Shown here: piece by piece, positions 55,057 through 63,998 of the stretch
How positions within the stretch are numbered: position 1 is the stretch's first letter
Layout of the letters: every line of letters begins with the position of its first letter
Origin: a virus
Direction: 5' to 3' (one strand)
Length of the DNA: 64,000 bases
Virus record (IMG/VR): IMGVR_UViG_3300023184_000083
Span: 13,725-77,724 of that record
Notes under the pieces: generated by a model
Told to the model about the DNA's origin: nothing
What the model saw: only the letters and a program-made list of their open reading frames with translations
Databases searched by the model: none
Program-made: the position numbers and the translations under genes

Positions 55057-55617
55057 TTAAAAGAGGGTGTTTGGACGTTGAAGGCCAAGCGATGCACGTA
55101 GTTGCCATGCCCACTTTTGAGCCTCATCAAGATATCCAGCAATAAAGTTGCTAATACCTTGCTCGTCAAGTCCGTTTGCGATATCAAAAGAGTCTTTGAG
55201 GTTCATGCAAAGTTCGTTGATTCCGCTTAAAAGGCTCATTGCCATTGCTTGTGGAGTATCTTCAGGGTCGTATTCAGGAATGGTTCTCAACTTGATGAAG
55301 TCTGACATGTGGAATGGTGCATCAAATCCACATTTGAGGATATTCTCCGCAGTCGGGTCAATATTTCCAAAAAGGAATTCATAAATTTCGCCAAATAGTT
55401 CGTGATATTGAGCAAAGTCGGTTCCCTTTACGTTCCAGTGAAACCCATGGGCTTCGTGGTAAAGAGATGCTGTATTTGCTAACAGGACGTTTAGTGAACG
55501 TACCAGTTCTATATTACTCTTGTTTGAGCGGGGGCTTTCTTGCGGCATTGGGGTAGTAATCTTTCCCTGCACTGAAAGCAGTTGATTGTAAAGGTCTTCG
55601 GGTGTCATGTTGCTCAT
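55057..55617 (-). CDS. dps: Dps / ferritin-like DNA-protection protein
   Basis: HGFHWNVKG..F...HELFGEIY......D..AE.I; K..WQL. Confidence 0.85.
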   Translation of the reverse strand: MSNMTPEDLYNQLLSVQGKITTPMPQESPRSNKSNIELVRSLNVLLANTASLYHEAHGFHWNVKGTDFAQYHELFGEIYEFLFGNIDPTAENILKCGFDAPFHMSDFIKLRTIPEYDPEDTPQAMAMSLLSGINELCMNLKDSFDIANGLDEQGISNFIAGYLDEAQKWAWQLRASLGLQRPNTLF

Positions 55618-55660
55618 ATGTATATTTTACCTTACTATGGTTTCTGTGGGCATAACAACA

Positions 55661-55705
55661 AAAAACCCCCGCACTAACCAATTAAGGAAAAGTACGGGGG
55701 TTTTT
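55661..55705 (-). terminator. terminator after major capsid gene
   Basis: AAAAACCCCCG...CGGGGGTTTTT. Confidence 0.7.
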
Positions 55706-55719
55706 ATTAGTTGTTATGA

Positions 55720-57030
55720 TTAGGCTGTAGGAGCCGCGTCAAATGTGACCTTCACGAACGACTCTGGACGCTTGACAGCAAGCGCAAGGCGCTGCTCAGC
55801 AAGAATTACAATTGCGTTACGGATGAAGAAGTCTGCATGCTGTTCCGAAATACGGATGCTTGCTTGTTCACGGTCATAAAGTTGAGCACCCTGGCCGAAT
55901 GAACCAACGAGTGCAACACCCTCGGTCATTGCTGGGGTTTCAACGATTGGCAAACGCCAAACCTTTGGCTCACCACCGAGTGCAACTGAGATTGCAATGA
56001 GGTACTGACCGAAGGAATCCTTCGTCAACTCAATGTCTTCCCAATCGTTCGGGTGAAGAACAACACCAGATGGTTCGTAGTAAGCAAGGTACGACAGTGT
56101 AGCCGCACGACGAATCGCATCAGCCTTGTTGTCGGGGACCGGTGTTACTGCACCGTCTGACCAGTTGTAGGTCTGGATTCCGGAAGTCTGAAGAATACCA
56201 TGAAGGTTTTCGCCAGTTCCGTCACCGTTGAGGATTTGTGCATCTTCCTGAAGACGTAGACCGTACATCAATTCATTGTCAATGATTGCACGCAATTGTG
56301 GCTCATCGGCAAGAACGTTACGGTGTGCTGCTTCCCAGTGCGCAAGCGTACGGGTAGAAGTCTGAACACCTTCAAATGACATTGTTGACTGTGGCTTAGC
56401 ACCAAAGTTTGTGTTATCACCGTTACGGTCAGCAACCATTGCTGCGTTACGTGTGAAACCGCTCAAACGGAAGTACTCAATGATTGCCGAGGTTGTGGTG
56501 CGAACTGGGAACAGGTCGCGCACGCGCTTGGTACGCATTGGAGGAACAACGATTGGGTCACGCTGGACGGTACCGAATTGTGTTGGGAAACCTGAAGGCA
56601 TAGCCGAATAGATGTCCTTAACTTGGTAACCGCTCGTCAATGAAGCCTTAACTTCAAATGGCGATGTCATGTTTGCGCCGTTCTTGCCATTTTGAAGTGA
56701 CTTGAACTCTGCTGATTCAAGGAACATTTCACCAATGGTTGTTCCGCGCTGCAAGCCTTTTACTGTGTAACCAGCGGCTGCTGCAGTAGCAATTGATTCC
56801 ACAGGTGCCTGTGAACCCCATTGCTCAACTGTGTTGAGTGCTTCAAGACCGTCAATAAGACTCTTGATTTCCTTGATGTCGCCCATGTTTTTATCAAACG
56901 CGGTCTTCTGTTGCTGAGAAACGATAACTGTACCGTCCTCAATTTTGAATGAATCTGCAATGGCTTTATTGTCAGCCATCTTTGCGCGAAGAGCGCTTTG
57001 CAGTTCATTTAGTCTGCCTGTATCGGACAT
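55720..57030 (-). CDS. major capsid protein, HK97 family, with N-terminal delta/scaffold region
   Basis: VRDL..TS..I.Y..KPQS...T.AHW....L.D...L...I...L..GL...ED.QILNGDGTG.NL.GI...F..N...I.AE.R.ALAV.RP.SFV; AAGGAG RBS. Confidence 0.95.
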   Translation of the reverse strand: MSDTGRLNELQSALRAKMADNKAIADSFKIEDGTVIVSQQQKTAFDKNMGDIKEIKSLIDGLEALNTVEQWGSQAPVESIATAAAAGYTVKGLQRGTTIGEMFLESAEFKSLQNGKNGANMTSPFEVKASLTSGYQVKDIYSAMPSGFPTQFGTVQRDPIVVPPMRTKRVRDLFPVRTTTSAIIEYFRLSGFTRNAAMVADRNGDNTNFGAKPQSTMSFEGVQTSTRTLAHWEAAHRNVLADEPQLRAIIDNELMYGLRLQEDAQILNGDGTGENLHGILQTSGIQTYNWSDGAVTPVPDNKADAIRRAATLSYLAYYEPSGVVLHPNDWEDIELTKDSFGQYLIAISVALGGEPKVWRLPIVETPAMTEGVALVGSFGQGAQLYDREQASIRISEQHADFFIRNAIVILAEQRLALAVKRPESFVKVTFDAAPTA

Positions 57031-57174
57031 GTTGTCTCCTTAAAAGACTAAGTGGGTTTGGATTGTTTTGCTGGTCTAGGTAAGCACCCAGCCCCATGTA
57101 CCGATGATAGATGATGATTTTTACTTATTGTGCAACCTTTAAGACTTTATTTTACTTCTTTAAAAATTGCTTGT

Positions 57175-58917
57175 TCAGTCGGCTGCCTGTGAAGAGGTTG
57201 TTTTAATTGCTGCGTCTCGCTCATTTGCTATTTTTTCCCATAAATCGGCCGTTCTTTTACTTTGAGCAAAAGACTCAAATTTTTCTCTATCATGAACAAT
57301 CATTGGTTTTCCGGGGGATTTCTGAGCAATAAGTTTAGGTTTTTCACCCTTGGTCATATCGCCAGAATTATCCCAAAGGTAGAACTCGTCAAGGAGGTCA
57401 CGCTCAAACATTTGGGTTACGTAGGCAGGGATTTCTCCAGCAATTAATCCTGGGAAATATGAAGGAAGGTCCCTTCCTGTCTCTTTGCCACGAGCACTTT
57501 GACGTTGCTCGGCAATAGCAGTTGGAGCGTAAACAAAATGACCAACAGTTTCGTCGCCATTTTTTCTAGCCATTCCCAGATGTTCTATTCTTTTTCCAGT
57601 TCCCTGAATGATGGTATCCATCCCGCCTGCTTGCGCATCGCGGATTACGTGGTCTGTAGCAACACGGGAAGTTTCATGAACCCTACTAGCGCCTTTACCG
57701 TCATTGTATCCAGGCAAACCAAGTTTAATGAAGTCTGGGTCTATGTGTGCAGCCTCATCATCTTTTGGAATAATTCCAATTTCTTGCAGGTATTTTACTG
57801 TCTCGCCTTTTCCTGCTCCAGTTGTTCCACCAATAAAGTACATCTTGCGCTTTGGTTTATTTTTTTGTTCTGCTTTAACTTGACCAAGAATCAATCCACC
57901 CATTGTTTTGCCACCTAGTTCGGCGTAGGGGTTGTTTTGAGTGGCGTTAGAGTTATCAACCTTTGGCATAGATGAACTTTTAAGTCCACTTGCTGGGGTA
58001 AATATCTTTGCAATCTTTTCTCTGTCACGAGGTTTTGCATGTTCTATAAAGTCAGATGGTGCACCAAACTGTTCAATTTTTTGAGGTTCGGAAAGCGAAG
58101 CAAACCAAGATGGTCCACCGTTGTTTTCTGCTTTAAAAGGTTTTGTAACAAGTTTTTCAACAGGCTTCACGTTTGGTGTTGCTGGTCTTTGGAAAGGAGT
58201 TCCTTCTTGAACAACCATGTCTCCATCGGCGTCAACTGCCATGGGGTCAAATCTGTCCATTGAGCGAGCGGAGTTAGATAATGAACGACCTATAGATTTG
58301 TATTCATGAAGTTCATAAGCAAGTGATTTCTTACGTTGTTTTCCAACATCCCTGAGCACTGTTCTTACCACGGAGTTTCTTTGCTCTTGTTGGTGACGTC
58401 TACCAAGTGCAGTAGTGCCAGAAGCGTTTGCATAGTCGGTCATGTTGGTGCATGGCATCCATACGACTTTTCCATTTTTTGAAACTCTTCTAGAAACACC
58501 AATGCAACCAATTTGTCTTGACCTGGCACGAGCGGACTCAATATCTGAAAAAACATCAACATCGTTATCACGAGGAGAATATGGTCCAGTGATTGATTTG
58601 GTCATTATTGGCCCAGAAGCAGGTGCAGAAACCATTCCGCCGCCTTCTATGGATTGAATACCATTTACTCCACGCTCACGAAGGTTTTCAAAGCGCTTCT
58701 TCGCTTTCTTTCCCTTTTTCTTGCGACGCGAATTCCATGTAACTATTTCATCAGTTGCAATACGTGACTTTCCTTCAATTCTTAGAACGGCTGATTTATA
58801 TTCGCCGAAAGAAGAACACGGCATCCATTCGCCATTGTGCGCAACGTGCGCGCCAGAGCAACCCATTTGTTGGGCGTCTCTCAAGGCTTTTAATTGAGCG
58901 CCTATATTTTCTTCCAT
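57175..58917 (-). CDS. tagged protein: 2 GC.G..WMPC repeats + tag + zeta-toxin-like P-loop kinase
   Basis: GGTTGAGKG, HIDPD.IK..LP.Y, VH.TS, R....GR..P, LWDN. Confidence 0.75.
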   Translation of the reverse strand: MEENIGAQLKALRDAQQMGCSGAHVAHNGEWMPCSSFGEYKSAVLRIEGKSRIATDEIVTWNSRRKKKGKKAKKRFENLRERGVNGIQSIEGGGMVSAPASGPIMTKSITGPYSPRDNDVDVFSDIESARARSRQIGCIGVSRRVSKNGKVVWMPCTNMTDYANASGTTALGRRHQQEQRNSVVRTVLRDVGKQRKKSLAYELHEYKSIGRSLSNSARSMDRFDPMAVDADGDMVVQEGTPFQRPATPNVKPVEKLVTKPFKAENNGGPSWFASLSEPQKIEQFGAPSDFIEHAKPRDREKIAKIFTPASGLKSSSMPKVDNSNATQNNPYAELGGKTMGGLILGQVKAEQKNKPKRKMYFIGGTTGAGKGETVKYLQEIGIIPKDDEAAHIDPDFIKLGLPGYNDGKGASRVHETSRVATDHVIRDAQAGGMDTIIQGTGKRIEHLGMARKNGDETVGHFVYAPTAIAEQRQSARGKETGRDLPSYFPGLIAGEIPAYVTQMFERDLLDEFYLWDNSGDMTKGEKPKLIAQKSPGKPMIVHDREKFESFAQSKRTADLWEKIANERDAAIKTTSSQAAD

Positions 58918-58920
58918 CGC

Positions 58921-59301
58921 TTACCCAAAACGCATTAAGTGAGGGCTATCTGGTGGAATATTGTTTAATTCCATTGCCGCTTTTTGGGCATCTGCATGAT
59001 TGCCGTAACGTTTTTTGTAAAGCATCGCTTCATCAAGGTCGTCGGCAAATTTAACGCGAATAGTTGAATGCGGACGAGATTTGTCGTCTGCAGTCATGAA
59101 CCTATTTTCTTCATCCATCATTGCTGAACCAAGTTCTGCCGCTTTGCCTTCGTGAGTTGAAAACGGAGGATAAGACGCTAAGTCTGAAAGTTCTTTATGA
59201 GAATCAACAAAAATTTTCTTTTCTTCATCAGTAGCATTATTTTCTATTACTACTGGGTCTTCGTCATATTCACCAGTCTCGTGATTAAATTTTCTGTTCA
59301 T
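58921..59301 (-). CDS. acidic hypothetical protein
   Basis: 126 aa, tightly packed between two effector-like genes. Confidence 0.6.
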   Translation of the reverse strand: MNRKFNHETGEYDEDPVVIENNATDEEKKIFVDSHKELSDLASYPPFSTHEGKAAELGSAMMDEENRFMTADDKSRPHSTIRVKFADDLDEAMLYKKRYGNHADAQKAAMELNNIPPDSPHLMRFG

Positions 59302-59304
59302 TAT

Positions 59305-62300
59305 TTATGCAGCCTTTTTCTTTGTACGCATTTCTTTGCCATTTGCCCTAATTTGCAGAACCTCTGTTTGGCCCATGCTGTGGTCAACTGCCACTATAGC
59401 GCCTCTGTTGTGGACAAGTTCAACTCCGCCTCCAGCATCAATAGAGTCATAACCAAGCAAAGGAGCAATATATCCGGCCCCACCATCGCCACCGTCGGTA
59501 TGTCTGACTGTTCTATTTAGTTGCTGTAATGCAGCCCATGTATCTATTCGTGTTCTGTCACTAGTGTTGTCTGGAGTTTGGGCATATGCATCTAATGTCT
59601 GTTTGTAAATCTGACCAAGAGGTGTATCCCATACGGGGCTATCTTCCGGTAAAGACCTACCTAAGGACCGTAGCAATTCAGAAACATAATCTGCTGGGTT
59701 CATATTGGATGCTTCGTCTCCAGGGTGTCCAACATCAAATGCCCTAATTCCTTCCTGGATTTTCATACCTTCTGTTTTTATTTGTTGCAATTCGCTCATT
59801 TTTATACGACGAGCAGAGGGAGACAAGAATCCAAAAATATTTACGCTTCCGTAACTAAATGTATGGCTTGAGTTTTCAGGAGCCCAATATTCACCAACAC
59901 CATACACGCGGCCGCCTTGTCCGGGGATAAACCTGTCTGGGTCGGAAAGATACGCTTCACCAAAACCTGGGTTGTCTCCAACTCCTCTGCTCATTGGAGC
60001 CCATCCTGCTCCAATGAGTCTTTCTGCAACTTCTGAAGAAATTGGCGTTGGAAGGGCATTGAACTCATTATTTTCCCATAGGTTGAGCAGGTCTGTGTCT
60101 CTTGTTGAACGGCTCCTTTTCTTATCTCCAGTAAGTGCAGCACCTGTTTCATTAGCAATAACAGCCATCTTTTTAATCCACGATTTAGTAATCGTGTATT
60201 TGGATTCCATCGGGGTGTCACCCTCTGTAATTTTCAAAGGATGTTTATTGACTGCTGCTGTTGCTGCTGAGCGCTTTGCTACGTCTGCTGGCGATTCATC
60301 TCCACGTATCTTGGCTTGAACTGCACGTCGTGCCCTACGAATACGAGCCTTTGCTGCATCTACTGGCTTTGCTTGCTCTGCAGCACGACCTTCTCCGGCT
60401 TTCCTGGCTTTGCGACGCTCGCGCTTGGCTGCACGCTCTGGGTTTACATCAAACAGACGACGAGATAGTTTTTTAAGTTTTTGGTCTGTTTGTTTTTTGA
60501 CAATTGCGCGCTCGCCTGTAGCAAGTTTTTTATCATCAACGTATATTTTTTCTCCAGCGCCTTTACCAAATATTGTTGATTCTTTTGTTTTTGCAAGAGA
60601 AGGAACTTTGTCACCTTCTTCAAGTGCTTTTTCGTAAACATACTTAGTTCCCGCCTTACGGGTTCCTCTACCAAGAGCAGCATCACGAGACGCCGGGTGA
60701 AGGTGCTCAAGAAGACTGTAGTCTCCGCCTTCTTTATTCATATTATTGATTGTGCGAAGGTCGTCAAACTGACGCTGCACCATCATGATTTTATTTACTG
60801 CTGCGGTTCTCTTCTTGTCATCATCAATGACCTTAGCAGCATCAAGGTTATCTTCAATAATTCTTTGAAGTTGAACAAGGAAGTCATCAGTCAAGTCGCT
60901 TGAAGCATTTATGCCTCTATGTCTTTGAATATTTCTAGGATTCCGAAGATATGCATTCCATGCATCCGATGATTCCTTTAGTGCATCTTGAATCTCTTGT
61001 CTTCTGACTTGAAGGTTTTTCTTAATCTTGTCGTGCTGCTCTGGTTTTAGAGATTCCCATGCCGTTCCGTCTGAAGCGTCAACCTTGTCAATACCTGGTG
61101 CACCGCGCTTTTTACTCTTTACTTTACGTGAAGCAAGACCATTTTGAACAGTTGCACGCTCTCTTCTTGCGCGAGAACTAAGGGTTGTTGATACGGACCT
61201 GCGAGACCCCAGACCGCTACCGCCGTCTAATTGAATGACGTAATCTCCAAATCTCATTTCCGTATTTGTTTTAGGGTCAATTATTAAAGCATTCTTGAAA
61301 AGTTCTTTATAAATGCTTTCATCGCCACTAAGTAATTTCTTTTTAAATGCTTTTCTCTTTTTTTCATTGGTAACAGTATCTAAATCAATATCAAGACCGA
61401 GAAATTTTCTGATGTTGCCGAGCATCAACTTCCCACCATGGGGGTCATCAAGTATGCTTTGATGAGCACTAGTTCTTCCGCTCCTATTTGTTTTTGGCAA
61501 AAGAGGAATTACATTTTCCATAAAATATTTTTCTGCTGGTTCCGGAAGTCTCCATCCCCATGTATGTCCATCGCTCTCCCAGGTGACCAGACCTGCGTCC
61601 TTGAGCGCTTTTTTGCCTTGTTCACCGCTGAATCTCATTTTTAGACCTGAAGACTCCGTGCGTATTTTTACTCCACGTGCTGCTTCTTCGGTTCTTTTAG
61701 CCATACCAACAACGTTTGGTGTTGCAGGGCGTTCAAAAGAAGTTCCTTCTTGGATTATTTTGTCTCCATCGGCGTCAACTGCATTGGGGTCAAATCTTGC
61801 TGTTACAAATTTGCCTGCTCTTCTTCCTGCACGCGCTCCAGTACCTGCAGAACCGCCGATAGTTACGCCAAGTCCTTTTGTCTCAAGAGTTTCTTCAAGA
61901 CCTTTGGCAATGCGCTCCGAGCCGTATTCGCTAACCTTGAGCATCTTGAGTCCAAGCCTACGCTCAAAAGAATTAGAAGTATTTTTTTCAATTCTATTTC
62001 TGACTAGCGATTTTACTTCAATACTTGTTGGAACATTAAACTGTCCTGACTCAATATCAAATGCGTATCTATTTGATTTTATTTCTCTTAAGAAACTTGA
62101 ACGCTTTACATCGCTCTTGAAAGATGATGCCTTATAAGAAACAGCATTAAGAAATTTATCATTTGAAAAATGTTGTAGAGGAGTATCTGCAACTGCTGGA
62201 ACACGTGACTTTGAAGAAATTTGACCAGTAAGTTTAAGAACTTGTTTTTTGCCGGTTCTTCCAAACTGCTTGACGCTAGTTGCTTCTAATTCATTATTGC

Positions 62301-62529
62301 CTGCATATCGTGCGAACTCTAAGTTGTCAACTTCCTTAAATGGACCAATTATTACGCCTGGCGGAATATCTAGACCGTCAAGAGACTTAACTGAAGAGTT
62401 GTTTGCCCAGTTTGCCCACTCGTTGCTTCTTGCACCAGAGCCAAAAAATTCAAGCCCTGACTCGCTCTTTACTGCTATTGCAAAATGCTCACCCTGCAAT
62501 GCATCGTGAAGTACGGCTACTGTTTTCAT
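59305..62529 (-). CDS. 1074-aa tagged protein with C-terminal ADP-ribosyltransferase-like domain
   Basis: SRGV...G.GG.VYG.G.Y.A...GYD.I.....V.NR.A.V pattern of phage head-associated ART domains. Confidence 0.65.
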   Translation of the reverse strand: MKTVAVLHDALQGEHFAIAVKSESGLEFFGSGARSNEWANWANNSSVKSLDGLDIPPGVIIGPFKEVDNLEFARYAGNNELEATSVKQFGRTGKKQVLKLTGQISSKSRVPAVADTPLQHFSNDKFLNAVSYKASSFKSDVKRSSFLREIKSNRYAFDIESGQFNVPTSIEVKSLVRNRIEKNTSNSFERRLGLKMLKVSEYGSERIAKGLEETLETKGLGVTIGGSAGTGARAGRRAGKFVTARFDPNAVDADGDKIIQEGTSFERPATPNVVGMAKRTEEAARGVKIRTESSGLKMRFSGEQGKKALKDAGLVTWESDGHTWGWRLPEPAEKYFMENVIPLLPKTNRSGRTSAHQSILDDPHGGKLMLGNIRKFLGLDIDLDTVTNEKKRKAFKKKLLSGDESIYKELFKNALIIDPKTNTEMRFGDYVIQLDGGSGLGSRRSVSTTLSSRARRERATVQNGLASRKVKSKKRGAPGIDKVDASDGTAWESLKPEQHDKIKKNLQVRRQEIQDALKESSDAWNAYLRNPRNIQRHRGINASSDLTDDFLVQLQRIIEDNLDAAKVIDDDKKRTAAVNKIMMVQRQFDDLRTINNMNKEGGDYSLLEHLHPASRDAALGRGTRKAGTKYVYEKALEEGDKVPSLAKTKESTIFGKGAGEKIYVDDKKLATGERAIVKKQTDQKLKKLSRRLFDVNPERAAKRERRKARKAGEGRAAEQAKPVDAAKARIRRARRAVQAKIRGDESPADVAKRSAATAAVNKHPLKITEGDTPMESKYTITKSWIKKMAVIANETGAALTGDKKRSRSTRDTDLLNLWENNEFNALPTPISSEVAERLIGAGWAPMSRGVGDNPGFGEAYLSDPDRFIPGQGGRVYGVGEYWAPENSSHTFSYGSVNIFGFLSPSARRIKMSELQQIKTEGMKIQEGIRAFDVGHPGDEASNMNPADYVSELLRSLGRSLPEDSPVWDTPLGQIYKQTLDAYAQTPDNTSDRTRIDTWAALQQLNRTVRHTDGGDGGAGYIAPLLGYDSIDAGGGVELVHNRGAIVAVDHSMGQTEVLQIRANGKEMRTKKKAA

Positions 62530-63998
62530 TGCTTGTTCTCCAATACACGGACCAAGATGTCTTTGCTATTTGTTAGCAATGTAATTCTTTGTTCTAGGAT
62601 TTTATTAACAATATCCAAGTGGTCCTTTTCAGCCTCACTTAGATGTCCATCGCTATAAAGTCTTGTTTTAAAATTTGTAAAATTAAATGAGCGAGCCTTC
62701 TTGAGAAGAGAGTCAATCTCTTTCTTGAAAGAAAATCTCTGATTCTCACGAAGTTGAGCCCAGTATTGCCTGTACTGAGCAGTGCGGTCTGCCGAGAATA
62801 AGTCATCAATTTTCATGTTCATTCTATTTGTTATATCTATTTTATCTAGAGCAACAAGGCCCGAGGTGAAGTTATTCACCAAAACGGGTCGTGCGGCGTT
62901 TCCATCCGACATTGGAATTATTGAGCCAGGACCCCTGTCTCGCTGGTCCGTAAGTATGTCGGCGACGATAATTCGCGCCACATCAGCAGGAGAGAAGTCT
63001 TTGAACACTTTGGAGTTGTCGGGCTTAAATCCTCTAAGTGCTGTTGACGGGTCTTGAACTGCATACTTTCGCGTATCTCCTTGACCAATAAAGAAAACAT
63101 CTGGAGACTCAAGTCCAAGGTGTTGCTGAACGTCTGATGCAAATTTTTGACCGATGTGCTCAAATGGTTTTGCCTGTGAGTAGACGGTGTACTTATCTCC
63201 ATTTGGAAGAGTAATAAAAGTTCTTCTGGCATCAAGTTTTTGAGACTTAATGATTGATGCCTGGGCAAGAACTTGCTGCAAGATGAGTGGGTCTATTTCG
63301 GCAATTGAACCATTTTTGTTCAGGTGAGAAATAGCGTCATCAATATTTGATATCTTTTTGCCAATTTCTGAAGAGACATCATTGCCGCCGCGTGTTTCAG
63401 AAATCGCAGTTGCTTTTTTGCCTTTACCAAAAGCAGCATCAACCCATTTGATAACTGGCTTCTTGCCAGGTTTTGAAACCATCTCATTTGGATTGCTTAT
63501 GTTTACAAAAGACTCCGTGTATCCGATTCCGTCTCCGGTTTGGTTTACTACTTCTTGAAGTCTTGCAACTGGGTTATTTTCTACAGAAACGGCCGAGGCG
63601 GTATTTACTGTTCTTCCTAATTTTCTTCTTTCGCCAACCGTGAGAGGGCGCTTCTTTTCCAAAGAAAGAGATGAACCGCCAGGAAGGACATAACTAAGTT
63701 TTGTTACTCCAGTGTTTGAAAGAAGGCCAAGTTCCTGTCCGCCCAATTGGTCTACGGACTGAACCGACATGAGATAATGAGCACCTTCCATGTCTCTGTT
63801 ATCTGGGATTGCTCTAAGAACCTGAGCAGAAACTACAGGCTCAAGTACAAAGCCGTCACGACGTACCATTCTTACGGTTGGTGCCTCAACACCACCGAGA
63901 GCGCTGATGAGTTTGCTTGCCTCCTGGGTTGCTAGTTTGGGGTTTGCGATGCTTACACGAGGGATGACAGGTTTTCTTGATTGAATAACCGACTCGCC
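62526..63998 (-). CDS. large protein (5' partial) with C-terminal PI3/4K-HipA-like kinase fold
   Basis: Frame open to window edge; E......LGL..P.V...D.L....DR.PGS. Confidence 0.55.
   Translation of the reverse strand, partial: GESVIQSRKPVIPRVSIANPKLATQEASKLISALGGVEAPTVRMVRRDGFVLEPVVSAQVLRAIPDNRDMEGAHYLMSVQSVDQLGGQELGLLSNTGVTKLSYVLPGGSSLSLEKKRPLTVGERRKLGRTVNTASAVSVENNPVARLQEVVNQTGDGIGYTESFVNISNPNEMVSKPGKKPVIKWVDAAFGKGKKATAISETRGGNDVSSEIGKKISNIDDAISHLNKNGSIAEIDPLILQQVLAQASIIKSQKLDARRTFITLPNGDKYTVYSQAKPFEHIGQKFASDVQQHLGLESPDVFFIGQGDTRKYAVQDPSTALRGFKPDNSKVFKDFSPADVARIIVADILTDQRDRGPGSIIPMSDGNAARPVLVNNFTSGLVALDKIDITNRMNMKIDDLFSADRTAQYRQYWAQLRENQRFSFKKEIDSLLKKARSFNFTNFKTRLYSDGHLSEAEKDHLDIVNKILEQRITLLTNSKDILVRVLENKQ

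Noticed and set aside
55057-57030. Encapsulin + ferritin cargo operon
   Set aside because: Shell protein is a 436-aa phage HK97 capsid with a scaffold leader in a clear phage context
58171-61797. Tag DNA repeat as a DGR template/variable pair
   Set aside because: Mismatches are not adenine-specific, both copies are internal to coding genes, and no reverse transcriptase is seen
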